Shown here in pieces: positions 41,400 to 50,913 of a stretch of 54,832 bases of DNA; position 1 is the stretch's first letter; the number at the start of each line of letters is the position of its first letter. Both the position numbers and the translations under genes were made by a program. The DNA comes from Patescibacteria group bacterium (GTDB lineage: Bacteria; Patescibacteriota; Gracilibacteria; UBA1369). The stretch lies in the NCBI GenBank assembly GCA_018825335.1, contig JAHJEW010000052.1, forward strand, positions 1 to 54,832, in the 5' to 3' direction. The notes below the pieces were generated by a model. That model was given only the letters and a program-made list of their open reading frames with translations. It had not been told where the DNA came from and did not search any database.

Positions 41400-42836
41400 A
41401 TGATGAAATTTAGAAAGATTATTGCTGCGACTTTGCTTTCGGTGTTAAGTCTTACTTTGTTTGGAGGCTGTTTTGCCAAGCAGCAACCGGACGCCAAGAA
41501 TACGGAAGGGCGGATTGAACTTGTCTACTACAAGCTTTTTGACGAGGAGGATACAATACGTCCCCTGATTCAACAGTATCAGACTCAGCACCCGAATGTT
41601 TCGATCACTTATCGTAAGTTTACCGATCCGGTTGAGTACGAGAATCTGATTATTAACGAGTTGGCGGAAGGTGAGGGGCCGGACATTTTTTCGATGCCGA
41701 ATTACTGGTTTCTCCGAAATACAAAGAAGCTTTCGCCGATGCCGGAAGATTTGGCGACTCCGGCTGAGTTTGAAGCCACTTTTGTAAGCGTTGCCAATAA
41801 TGACCTTGTGCTGCGCGATCCGGCGGATGGTAAAATGAGAATTTTTGGTATTCCTCTGACTGTTGATACGCTGGCGCTTTATTACAACAAGGCGACTTTT
41901 GAGGATAAAATCCCTTCGCGCGGTCGTCCATCCACTACCTGGGAAGGGCTGAAAGATGATGTTTATAAAATCACGAAGAAAGATCAAAGTTTTGAGAGGT
42001 TCGAAGTTGCGGGTATTGCAATGGGTCGGTCGGATAATATTGCGCGGGCCGTGGACATTTTGCTGATGCTGATGATTCAATACGGAACGACTTTTTATAA
42101 CGCCAATATTTCCGGCGCGGAATTTTCCAGACAGAGATCCGTTACCGCCACGGGTCAGAGTATTAATCCGGCAACTGAAGCGTTGAGTCTTTATACGAGT
42201 TTTGCTCTTCCAGCCAATAAAAATTATTCATGGAACGCTTTTATTTCCGATCCGAAATCGGCTGAAAAAGAGCTGGATACTTTTGCCCGCGGCAAAGTTG
42301 CAATGATTTTTGGTTATTCTTATCTGTATGAACAAATTCTTGCGAAGATCAAAGATCTGGATTCCAAGGGGGTCAAAACTATGAAGGCTCAGGATGTACG
42401 CGTTGCGTCGGTTCCGCAGGTGATTGATCCGAATGTTTCGATTGAAAAGCGCGATGCTTATGCCTCTTACTATGCGGAGACCGTCAGCCGCACTTCTCAG
42501 TATCCAAAGGAGGCATGGGATTTCCTCTTGTTTATGAGCCGAAAAGATAATCTGGATTTTTACAACAGCAAAACGCATCGGCCAAGCAGTCGCCGAGATA
42601 TGATAGAGGCACAGAAGCTTGACCCGATATACGGTGTTTTTGCCGAGCAGACCGGTTATGCGGAAAGTCTGCCAATTTACGATTATACTAAATATAGTGA
42701 GATTTTCGGCAAGGCCATAGATTCCGTGGTGGCGACAGGATCCGCCGCCGATGCTATCCGCACGGCCGAGGAGGGGGTTAAAGCTTTATTACCGTCGGAA
42801 GGTTTGATCCCTCCGGCGCCGGAACCGACGAAATAG
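41400..42836 (+). CDS. Extracellular solute-binding lipoprotein, family 1 (sugar type)
   Basis: Lipobox LFGGC, GEGPDIF, GIPLTVDTLALYYNK, FARGKVAM, EAWDFLLF. Start moved to ATG 41400. Confidence 0.85.
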   Translation: MMKFRKIIAATLLSVLSLTLFGGCFAKQQPDAKNTEGRIELVYYKLFDEEDTIRPLIQQYQTQHPNVSITYRKFTDPVEYENLIINELAEGEGPDIFSMPNYWFLRNTKKLSPMPEDLATPAEFEATFVSVANNDLVLRDPADGKMRIFGIPLTVDTLALYYNKATFEDKIPSRGRPSTTWEGLKDDVYKITKKDQSFERFEVAGIAMGRSDNIARAVDILLMLMIQYGTTFYNANISGAEFSRQRSVTATGQSINPATEALSLYTSFALPANKNYSWNAFISDPKSAEKELDTFARGKVAMIFGYSYLYEQILAKIKDLDSKGVKTMKAQDVRVASVPQVIDPNVSIEKRDAYASYYAETVSRTSQYPKEAWDFLLFMSRKDNLDFYNSKTHRPSSRRDMIEAQKLDPIYGVFAEQTGYAESLPIYDYTKYSEIFGKAIDSVVATGSAADAIRTAEEGVKALLPSEGLIPPAPEPTK

Positions 42837-42845
42837 GTTTATTAC

Positions 42846-44171
42846 ATGGCAAAAGTTATGAACTTTAGTTGTCTGAAGGTAGCTCGCTTTTTTATGAAGT
42901 TTTTTCTGGTGGCGTTTCCTTTTCAGATAAGGGCTCTTGTTTTCAATATGAACTTTTTTCCTACGGGTAATTTTAACGAGTATGCCTCTTTTTTTATTTA
43001 TCTTGGAGATTTGCTTTTGCTTTTTGCATGTTTTTTTTACGGTCTGGCGATTTTGCGCGGTGAAACCAAAAAGGAATTCAGTTTTGGCAGTTGGCAGATA
43101 ACGGTCGCTCTTCTGGCTTTTGCAGCTACCATGCTGCTCAGCGTTTTTTTTGCGGAGTATTGGCAGGTCGCGCTACTTCAGTTTTTACGTTTTGTTTTGC
43201 TGCTGCTTTTGTATTTTTTGCTTATAAACGATTTATTGGAGCGAAAAGAGGTGTTAAGGTTCTTTTTGTACGGGCTTTTGGCGCAGAGTTTGATTGCTTT
43301 CGGGCAATATATTTTCCAGGGTTCTTTGGGTCTGCGTTTTCTTGGAGAGCCTATTTTGAGTAGTGATTTGCCCGGTGTGGCCAAAATAGATTTTGCGGGG
43401 ATGAAGCTTGTTCGGGCGTATGGGACTTTCCCACATCCGAATGTTTTTGGCGGAATTCTGGTCGCGGGAATTTTCTGGCTTTATTATTTATATCGTAAGA
43501 ATTTGCATTTGCTTGGGACAATTGGTGTGATTCTATTGATGGCTCTATTGTTTACTTTTTCCAGAAGCGCTTTTCTTGCTCTCGGAGGAGGTCTTCTGGT
43601 CCTTTTTTCTCTGCATGAAGGCAAAATACGCTGGAAATATTTGTTACTTTTTGGTTGTGTGGCCCTTTTTCTGATTGTACTTTTCAACCTGGAGGGGGTT
43701 TTGATTCAGCGTGTTTTTTTGGGAGATGATCCAAAGTCGGCGCTCGAAAGACTTGAGTATATTACGGCCGGCAAGAAGATGTTTTTTGAACATCCGTTTG
43801 GAGTCGGGATGGGGAATTTTACACTTATAATGCAAAATTATCTTGGTGTTAAGCTTTCCCCGTGGCTTTTACAGCCAGTTCATAATGTTTATATGTTAAT
43901 GTCGAACGAGGCCGGTTTTTTGGGTGTTACCGCTTTGCTGGTATTGCTTGGTGTCACATTTTTCCGCCTATTAAAAGCTTCGCGTTCAGGTGACGAGGAT
44001 GAGCGTATTTTTACGGCCGTTTCGATTACGATTCTGCTTATTTTGGCTCTGATTTCTTTGTTCGACCATTATTTGCTTACTCTATACGGAGGGCAGGTGT
44101 TTTTCGTAATTTACTTGGCACTGGTCAGTGCTTCCTTAAATAAATCTTTATTGCCGCGGAGGAAATCCTGA
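42846..44171 (+). CDS. O-antigen ligase / O-oligosaccharyltransferase family (Wzy_C) membrane protein
   Basis: Multi-TM; RAYGTFPHPN, TFSRSA, HPFGVGMGNF, PVHNVY. Confidence 0.88.
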   Translation: MAKVMNFSCLKVARFFMKFFLVAFPFQIRALVFNMNFFPTGNFNEYASFFIYLGDLLLLFACFFYGLAILRGETKKEFSFGSWQITVALLAFAATMLLSVFFAEYWQVALLQFLRFVLLLLLYFLLINDLLERKEVLRFFLYGLLAQSLIAFGQYIFQGSLGLRFLGEPILSSDLPGVAKIDFAGMKLVRAYGTFPHPNVFGGILVAGIFWLYYLYRKNLHLLGTIGVILLMALLFTFSRSAFLALGGGLLVLFSLHEGKIRWKYLLLFGCVALFLIVLFNLEGVLIQRVFLGDDPKSALERLEYITAGKKMFFEHPFGVGMGNFTLIMQNYLGVKLSPWLLQPVHNVYMLMSNEAGFLGVTALLVLLGVTFFRLLKASRSGDEDERIFTAVSITILLILALISLFDHYLLTLYGGQVFFVIYLALVSASLNKSLLPRRKS

Positions 44172-45079
44172 ATGGGCATGGCTTTTTTGCCTTCAAGCTG
44201 CACTTTGGTTAGGATGATTGCGCCTGATTTTGTGCCGATGGCAATTTGTCCCGAAGCAGGTTCGCTTATTTGTCCGGGTCGGAGGGATTTTGTATTGGTG
44301 GAATTATTGTCGGTTTTGATTTCAATGAGTTTGAGTTTCTTGTTCCCGATAATAAGGAAACAGCCCGGCCATGAAGTAAAAGCTCTTATGCAATTGCTTA
44401 TTTCATTTGCGGTCATTTTGACCGGATCAATAAAACCGTCGGCTTTGATGATTTTGTGGCAACGGGTGGATTTGCTTTCGTCCTGCGGAATCGGGGTTAT
44501 TACTTCATCGACATAATCCTGTAAAACAGCCGGAAGCAGTGTGGAAGCAAGGACGCTCAATTTTACGCGAAGCGTCAACGAAGTGTCGGCCGGGTCGATT
44601 GGAAGGCGCTGTATATGCAGAACCGGGCCGGCATCCATTTCTCCGGTCATTTTAATGAAAGTCAGACCGGTTTCTTTGTCCCCGCGGCGCAAAGCTTCTT
44701 CAATCGGAGAAGCTCCCCTATATTTTGGCAACAGTGAGCCGTGAATGTTGATACAGCAATATTTGGGAATTTTCAGAATCGTTTCAGGCAATATTCGCCC
44801 AAAGGCTACAACGACGATAAAATCCGGCCTTAAATCCTGAAGCAGTTTAACGATTTTAGCATTGTTTTTAAGCCCGGGTGGCTGCAAAACCGGAATCTGA
44901 TTTTCGAGGGCCAGAATTTTTACGGGAGGGGGAGTGACTATCTGTTTGCGACCTACTTTCTTGTCTTCCTGCGTAATTACGGCGGAAACTTCAATGTTTT
45001 CGGCTGAAATCAAAGCCTGAAGGGGCGGAACCGCAAAATCCGGGGTGCCCATAAATACAACTTTGATTTTTTCCGGCAT
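44111..45079 (-). CDS. fmt: Methionyl-tRNA formyltransferase
   Basis: VVFMGTPDFA, INIHGSLLPKYRGASPI, MDAGP, IRAFTSWPG, VQLEGKK. Confidence 0.96.
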   Translation of the reverse strand: MPEKIKVVFMGTPDFAVPPLQALISAENIEVSAVITQEDKKVGRKQIVTPPPVKILALENQIPVLQPPGLKNNAKIVKLLQDLRPDFIVVVAFGRILPETILKIPKYCCINIHGSLLPKYRGASPIEEALRRGDKETGLTFIKMTGEMDAGPVLHIQRLPIDPADTSLTLRVKLSVLASTLLPAVLQDYVDEVITPIPQDESKSTRCHKIIKADGFIDPVKMTANEISNCIRAFTSWPGCFLIIGNKKLKLIEIKTDNNSTNTKSLRPGQISEPASGQIAIGTKSGAIILTKVQLEGKKAMPIQDFLRGNKDLFKEALTSAK

Positions 45080-45180
45080 AGGATGATGCTATTTGGGCCA
45101 ATTATAACAATATTCGCATAATAATGCTTGCAAAAATAAAGGTGATTGTTTAGAATCCCATTCTTAAATTAGCTCAAATT

Positions 45181-46176
45181 ATGGAAGAAAAATTTATTGA
45201 GGCAAAAAGGCTTATTGATAAGGCACAAAGGATATTATTGATTTCCCACAAGAGTCCGGACGGGGATACCCTTGGGGCTACATGCGCGCTGAATATTGTG
45301 CTTAGAAATATGGGCAAAGATACAACTATGGCTTGCGCAGACGAGCCGTCAGAAAGGTTTTTGTTTTTGCCACATATTCGCAGGATGGTGAGGGATTTCG
45401 ATTTTCGCGAATATGATTTGTTGATAGTTTCGGATGCGGGGGCATCCTATATGACGAAATATCATGAGAAATATCCGGACATATTTGACGGTGACGTTCC
45501 TGTTATAAATATTGATCATCATGCCTCAAATGACAATTTTGGGAATTGCAATATTGTGGATATAGCGGCTGCTTCCACTACGGTAATTTTGTACAGATTT
45601 TTCGCTTTTCACGATGTCAGAGTAGGGCCCGACACAGCTACTGCGCTTCTGGCAGGGATTTATAATGATACCGGCAGTCTAATGCACTCCAATACTTCTC
45701 TGGAGGTTTTTGAAATTTGCGCGCAGCTTACTTCGTGCGGCGGCAAGGTTACGCAGATTACAAAGAATATGTTCAGAGCAACGCCTGTTTCCACCTTGAA
45801 GCTTTGGGGACGGGTGCTTTCGAATGCGAGGATAAACGATGAAGGTGTTACGGTTTCGGTTGTTACCTGGAAAGATTTTGAAGATTGCAATGCCGGTTCT
45901 GAAGAAGTTTCCGGTGTGGTGGATTTGTTGAATTCAGTGCCTGGATCCAAATATACATGTCTATTGAATGAAGACCGGAACGGAAAGGTAAAGGGCTCTT
46001 TCCGTACACAGCGGGATGATGTTGATGTGGCGGAACTGGCTGCGCAATTTGGTGGCGGCGGGCATAAGAAGGCCGCTGGATTCACCATGCCCGGCAGGAT
46101 TCATCAGGAATTGCACTGGAAAATTGTTCCGGCGCAAGAGCTACCTGATAATACTGCGCTTCCGAAATTGGGGTAA
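45181..46176 (+). CDS. nrnA: DHH/DHHA1 phosphoesterase (NrnA-like)
   Basis: SHKSPDGD, NIDHH, DTG, GGGGHKKAAG. Confidence 0.9.
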   Translation: MEEKFIEAKRLIDKAQRILLISHKSPDGDTLGATCALNIVLRNMGKDTTMACADEPSERFLFLPHIRRMVRDFDFREYDLLIVSDAGASYMTKYHEKYPDIFDGDVPVINIDHHASNDNFGNCNIVDIAAASTTVILYRFFAFHDVRVGPDTATALLAGIYNDTGSLMHSNTSLEVFEICAQLTSCGGKVTQITKNMFRATPVSTLKLWGRVLSNARINDEGVTVSVVTWKDFEDCNAGSEEVSGVVDLLNSVPGSKYTCLLNEDRNGKVKGSFRTQRDDVDVAELAAQFGGGGHKKAAGFTMPGRIHQELHWKIVPAQELPDNTALPKLG

Positions 46177-46209
46177 TTTGCTATAATGGCATGGCCTTAA
46201 TTCAAGAAC

Positions 46210-47160
46210 ATGTTTTTTCGCCGTGTTTTGGCAGCCATAATGATATTTGTTTTTGTTTCCGTTTCCACGGTGGCGTTCCTGATTTTTGCTGTCGGAAACA
46301 CGTTTTTTCGGGCATCGTTTTACGAGAAGGATATAAAAGAGGCGGGTTATGAGTTTCTTGTCGATGCGGCGGTAGCGAGTATTTCGCAGCAGGATACATT
46401 GATCTCAAAGTATTTTATTAAGGAGGAATTAAAGGACGAGGTGGAAAAGGTTTTTCCGATCTCTTTGTTTGAGAAATCGCTTAATGAGCTTGTGCAGGAG
46501 GTGCAGAGTTTAAAAGATGATCCTAATCGTCCTTTAACTTTCAGGCTGGGGATGTTCAGGGAAAGTTTGTTGACGCTGGCAAATAATCTTTCTTATAAGA
46601 TATTTGAGAGTCTGCCTTTCTGTGCGCCGGATGAAGTACCGAATGAAACGGTGGACGGCCTGCCGTCCTGTGTGCCGCAAGGCTTTGCATATAACGATGT
46701 TTCCGGAGAACTTTCGGCGCAGTTTGAAGAAGATGTTTATTCGGCGGTGCCGGAGCAGGTGCAGTTTGACGTAAATTCGGCGCTTGGCGCGGATGGTCCG
46801 GCAATATCTCAAATATTTACCATGGTGGATACGGTGAAGATGGTTTTTTATGTAATTTTACTGGTACTTCTGGGGCTTATTGCTTTAGTTATTTACAGGC
46901 CTTTTTCCGCGATTTTGATGGCCGAGGGAATTGCTTTTTCGCTGAGCGGAGCGGTTGCTTTGATTGTTGGATACGTGGTTGGATTTATGCCGGCTTTGTT
47001 TAATGCGGGAATGAAGGATAATTATCTGAAGGATGTTATTTATACTTTCATGGTGCAGGTTGCGGGAATTTTTGGTGGAGAAGTGCAGAGGGGCGGAATG
47101 GTGTTTTTGGCGACGGGTATTATTCTTCTTGCGGTACGTTTTTTTCTCAGGAGGCGATAA
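46210..47160 (+). CDS. Hypothetical membrane protein
   Basis: N-terminal TM, extracellular domain with a Cys pair, and three C-terminal TM helices. Confidence 0.75.
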   Translation: MFFRRVLAAIMIFVFVSVSTVAFLIFAVGNTFFRASFYEKDIKEAGYEFLVDAAVASISQQDTLISKYFIKEELKDEVEKVFPISLFEKSLNELVQEVQSLKDDPNRPLTFRLGMFRESLLTLANNLSYKIFESLPFCAPDEVPNETVDGLPSCVPQGFAYNDVSGELSAQFEEDVYSAVPEQVQFDVNSALGADGPAISQIFTMVDTVKMVFYVILLVLLGLIALVIYRPFSAILMAEGIAFSLSGAVALIVGYVVGFMPALFNAGMKDNYLKDVIYTFMVQVAGIFGGEVQRGGMVFLATGIILLAVRFFLRRR

Positions 47161-47739
47161 ATGGAGAACGATTTGCAAATGATTCGGGAGAAAATAAACA
47201 AATGTCGGCTTTGCCGGCTTTACCAAGGTGCGCATAGCGCAGTGCCCGGGGAGGGGAGTGCCGTGGCTCAGGTTATGTTTATTGGTGAAGCCCCCGGGAA
47301 GGATGAAGATCTTCAGGGTAAGCCGTTCGTGGGGGCGGCCGGCAAGTTTTTGTCCGCCATGCTGGAGGGGATCGGCATGAAACGGGAGGACGTTTTTATT
47401 ACCAATATTGTCAAGCACCGGCCGCCCGATAACCGCGATCCTCTTGAGGATGAAGTGGAGACGTGTTTTCCTTATCTGGATGCGCAAATCAATGCCATCA
47501 AGCCCAAATTGATAGTTACTCTGGGCAGACATGCAATGCATCGCTTTCTGCCTGATTTAAAAATATCGGAGGTTCATGGCCAGGCCAAGCGAGTTAAGTC
47601 GATTTTCAGCCAAAAACAGGTTATTTTGCCTCTTTATCATCCGGCCTCGGCGCTTTATAATCCTTCCATGAGATCGACTTTAATTCATGACATGAAGAAA
47701 ATTCCCATCTTATTAAAAAAGATCAATGACGCATCATAA
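47161..47739 (+). CDS. Uracil-DNA glycosylase family 4
   Basis: CRLC, IGEAPG..ED..G.PFVG.AG, TNIVKHRPP.NRDP, YHPAS. Confidence 0.94.
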   Translation: MENDLQMIREKINKCRLCRLYQGAHSAVPGEGSAVAQVMFIGEAPGKDEDLQGKPFVGAAGKFLSAMLEGIGMKREDVFITNIVKHRPPDNRDPLEDEVETCFPYLDAQINAIKPKLIVTLGRHAMHRFLPDLKISEVHGQAKRVKSIFSQKQVILPLYHPASALYNPSMRSTLIHDMKKIPILLKKINDAS

Positions 47740-48106
47740 ATATTTGTCCATAATCGGCGTTGCAGGCGTAGTCAGTTGGATTGCATGGATTGTGGTGCTG
47801 AATAAGTTGGATCCCACACAGTCACCGGTTTTGGCATTGGGGCTTTTCTACCTGAGTCTGTTTTTCGCACTTACATGCACTTTTACGGTTTTGGGGTTTT
47901 ATTTTCGTGTGTGGCTGAATAAAAACGAGATTTACTACAATCATATTCATACGGCTTTCAGGCAGGGAATTTTGTTAACGGTAATAGCTCTCGGATGTCT
48001 GACTTTTCTGCTTCTTGGCGTTTTAACGTGGTGGTCCGGCATTATGCTTATAGGGGTTGTTACTTTGGTGGAGTTTTATTTTACGGCCCGGGAACCGGGG
48101 ATTTGA
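47726..48106 (+). CDS. Hypothetical 4-TM membrane protein
   Basis: Hydrophobic 126-aa ORF with DP and AFRQG motifs; overlaps the upstream gene. Confidence 0.75.
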   Translation: MTHHKYLSIIGVAGVVSWIAWIVVLNKLDPTQSPVLALGLFYLSLFFALTCTFTVLGFYFRVWLNKNEIYYNHIHTAFRQGILLTVIALGCLTFLLLGVLTWWSGIMLIGVVTLVEFYFTAREPGI

Positions 48107-48129
48107 AAACCACCTTTAAGGTGAATTAT

Positions 48130-48167
48130 AAAAAAGCGCCCTCTTCAGTCCTTAAAGAGGGCGCTTT
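48130..48167 (-). terminator. Intrinsic, probably bidirectional terminator between convergent genes
   Basis: 13-bp perfect stem AAAGCGCCCTCTT/AAGAGGGCGCTTT; T-run on the minus strand. Confidence 0.8.
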
Positions 48168-48191
48168 GCCCAATATCTATATGATTTTTGT

Positions 48192-49412
48192 TTAGTTGCC
48201 GCTTTTTGCTCTTTCTTCATTCGCTTTTATGGCTGCAAGTCTGCTCAGCATTGCCTTTCTTGCCTTTCTTGCTTCTTCGATATCGCGTTTGTTTTGTGCT
48301 ATTGCATCGGTATTTTCATCAACCTTCACATCTATTTCGATTACTTTTGCTTCCACGTTGGTTGTCCGTGTTTCAAGGGCTGCCACTCTGCTGGATAGTT
48401 CAGTGTTCTGCGGTACCTTATCTAGAGGTGTTGTTGGTTGTTTAGGTGCGGGAGTTTGTCCGGGAGTGGTTCCTCCAGGAGTCTTTGTGGTTGTTTTTCC
48501 CTGAGCGACAGGTGCCGGCCTTGAAGCTGCTTTGCCGAAAGCTACAGGGAATGCGTTGTAGATTTCCGCTTTTTCACTTGCAACTTTTGCAGTGTCACGT
48601 CCAAATGTGCTAATTACGTTAAGATTATTTTGCCAGTCGCTGTTTAATCCGACTTGTTGATTTTTATTGTCGGTTTTAACACGTAGAGTAACTTTCTTTT
48701 CAGTAGATTTTCCATCTTTATCTTTTTCTGTCATTGGAGCCGTGATGGTTACTTCAACGATTCCGTTGGCATCTTCCGTACAAGCAGAAGATTCTACGTT
48801 CTTAGATGTGTTATTGTATTTTTCATCGCAGGATTTTTCTAATACTGTCCACATGGTTCCGTTGTCGTCGCATGGTAGTGATACACGATTTTTATTATCA
48901 GGATCGATTACTACAAGCACGCTTGTACCTATTACTTTTTGTAGAGCCTGACATGCTTTTACTGCATCTTTGCTGTTGTTGTACTGATAATAAAAGGTCT
49001 CAGGTACAACAGGTGTCATTGTGTCCGGTGCCTCAGGAGCTGGTGCCGGTTCTGCTGTTGGCGCAGGTTCTGTGGATGGGTCCGCTGTAGGAGCAGGTGC
49101 AACAGGTTCTGAGGATGCGCTTGCCGAAGCGGATGGTTCTGAGGTTGGAGCGGCTGTTGGGGCTGCCGTAGGTGCGGCGGTACCCTTTGTTGTAGCTGCA
49201 GGCTGTCCCTGAAGAGGCCTGTTTACGGCTTCCGTTGGTACAGGTTTGATGTCTTGTGCGGGAGCATCGTTTTTGCAACCTGCGGCGGATGCCGCGAGTG
49301 CGGCGATTAATGACGCGGTGCCCAGAGCGCGTCCGGTTTTGGATCTTTCGGCTTTTGTAGCCGTTGCCGGTTTGGAAATGGGCATTTCCATACCATTATT
49401 TGGATACATCAT
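48192..49412 (-). CDS. Putative surface lipoprotein with Pro/Ala/Thr stalk and C-terminal coiled coil
   Basis: Hydrophobic stretch ending AAGC, APTA repeats, a Cys-containing central domain and a heptad-rich C-terminus. Confidence 0.7.
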   Translation of the reverse strand: MMYPNNGMEMPISKPATATKAERSKTGRALGTASLIAALAASAAGCKNDAPAQDIKPVPTEAVNRPLQGQPAATTKGTAAPTAAPTAAPTSEPSASASASSEPVAPAPTADPSTEPAPTAEPAPAPEAPDTMTPVVPETFYYQYNNSKDAVKACQALQKVIGTSVLVVIDPDNKNRVSLPCDDNGTMWTVLEKSCDEKYNNTSKNVESSACTEDANGIVEVTITAPMTEKDKDGKSTEKKVTLRVKTDNKNQQVGLNSDWQNNLNVISTFGRDTAKVASEKAEIYNAFPVAFGKAASRPAPVAQGKTTTKTPGGTTPGQTPAPKQPTTPLDKVPQNTELSSRVAALETRTTNVEAKVIEIDVKVDENTDAIAQNKRDIEEARKARKAMLSRLAAIKANEERAKSGN

Positions 49413-49449
49413 ATAGATATATGGGTTAAAATTTGTATATGAGGGAGTG

Positions 49450-49478
49450 ATACTATAAACTATCTACGGGTTTGTCAA
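49450..49478 (-). promoter_or_regulatory. Sigma70 promoter of the surface lipoprotein gene
   Basis: Minus strand TTGACA (49478-49473), 17 bp, TAGTAT (49455-49450). Confidence 0.6.
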
Positions 49479-49573
49479 GTATATTTTTTACTTTTTTTTA
49501 ATATCCTTGTCAAATAGTATGCACAAACTATCAAAAAGTGTAATGCACAGGCCAATTATCCATTACAGGAAGT

Positions 49574-50248
49574 TTATTGGTTGTAGGTCGGATTTGAAAC
49601 TATTGCCAGCTTATTTAGAGGCCAAAGCACAAAAAGAGCTTTACCCTCTATGTGATTCATTGGCAGGTATGGACTGTTGCCGTTTTCACCGCAATTACCC
49701 TGGGAAACGTTTTCTCTAAAGCAGCTGCGTGAATCCGAGCTGCCAAGTCTGTTGTCTCCAAGCACAAAAAAGCTGTTTTCCGGCACTTCAAAGACATCGC
49801 CGGCTTCCCGCGGTCTGGTGTTATCCTTGTTTTTGCTGTTTAAATAGTCTTCTTCCAATTGAACGCCTTGCGGATATTCATCGTTAAAAATAAAAATTTT
49901 GTTATCTTTGATTTTTACGGTTTCTTCCGGCAGGCCTATTACTCTTTTAATAAAAAATTCACGGTTGTTACCCGGCGGGTGGAAAATGACAACATCTCCT
50001 CTTTGAGGCAGCCCAACCTGCCATCCGAAAAAATTCTGATAGCCGAACTTGTTAACGATTATGTACTCGCCATAGCCGTTTTGGCATTTGTTGTCTATGA
50101 AATTAAAGGAATCGCACATGGAAGATCCGTAAACCTGAAAAGGAGATACAATGAAAGTTCTTATAAGGAAGACAAGTCCAACTATAATTATAAGGTTCAG
50201 GCCTATATCAAGCCAGAAAGAAAGCTTATTATTGATCTTTAATTTCAT
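49574..50248 (-). CDS. lepB: Signal peptidase I
   Basis: TM, then PFQVYGSSM (Ser), RGDVVIF, FIKRVIGLP (Lys), FVLGDNR..SSDSR. ATG 50248 preferred. Confidence 0.95.
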   Translation of the reverse strand: MKLKINNKLSFWLDIGLNLIIIVGLVFLIRTFIVSPFQVYGSSMCDSFNFIDNKCQNGYGEYIIVNKFGYQNFFGWQVGLPQRGDVVIFHPPGNNREFFIKRVIGLPEETVKIKDNKIFIFNDEYPQGVQLEEDYLNSKNKDNTRPREAGDVFEVPENSFFVLGDNRLGSSDSRSCFRENVSQGNCGENGNSPYLPMNHIEGKALFVLWPLNKLAIVSNPTYNQ

Positions 50249-50329
50249 GGGAGACAAAAGGTTGCGGGTGGGATTTTACCTCTTATTGCCTTTCTTTACA
50301 AGGGCCGGGCTTTATAGTACTATTTTTCT

Positions 50330-50908
50330 ATGATCATTGCGGAATATTTGTTTCAGCGTTATCTGGAGCCTGGCGAAAAGGTGGTTGCTGTTGTGCACAG
50401 GCATCCTTTTGTTTTGGCGAGAGCGGTTTTACCTTTGGCTGCATTGGGATTGGCTTTACCGTTTTTTTTATGGATGCTGTTTCCCGAATATATTTTTATT
50501 TTTGTAATATGGGGATCGATTACTGCCGTACGAATTTTCCGGGAGTTTATGATCTGGTATCACGATGCTTTTTTGATAACAGATGTGAGTATAATCGATG
50601 TTTACTGGCATGGTTTTTTTGACCGGTCTTCCGCGCGTCTGGAGTATCCAATGATGGAAGGTGTAAATTTGGAAATCCGCGGGTTAAGACGTGTCATTTT
50701 TAATTATGGAACCGTGTCGGTGCAACGTGGCGGAGGAACAAATCCGCTGGTATTAAGAGATGCCATGAATCCGCGTAAGGCAGAGAGGAAAATTATGAGT
50801 ACCGTTGAGGAGTTTATGAAAAACAGAAGTATGAGGCAGTCGGAAACTTTAAAAGAGCTTATTACGGAAATGGTTCATCATAATTATAGGGAAAATGCTA
50901 AAAAATAG
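50330..50908 (+). CDS. Bacterial PH-domain membrane protein
   Basis: LEPGEKV..VVHRHP, two TM helices, WYHDAFLITD, IFNYGTV. Confidence 0.75.
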   Translation: MIIAEYLFQRYLEPGEKVVAVVHRHPFVLARAVLPLAALGLALPFFLWMLFPEYIFIFVIWGSITAVRIFREFMIWYHDAFLITDVSIIDVYWHGFFDRSSARLEYPMMEGVNLEIRGLRRVIFNYGTVSVQRGGGTNPLVLRDAMNPRKAERKIMSTVEEFMKNRSMRQSETLKELITEMVHHNYRENAKK

Positions 50909-50913
50909 TTTTT

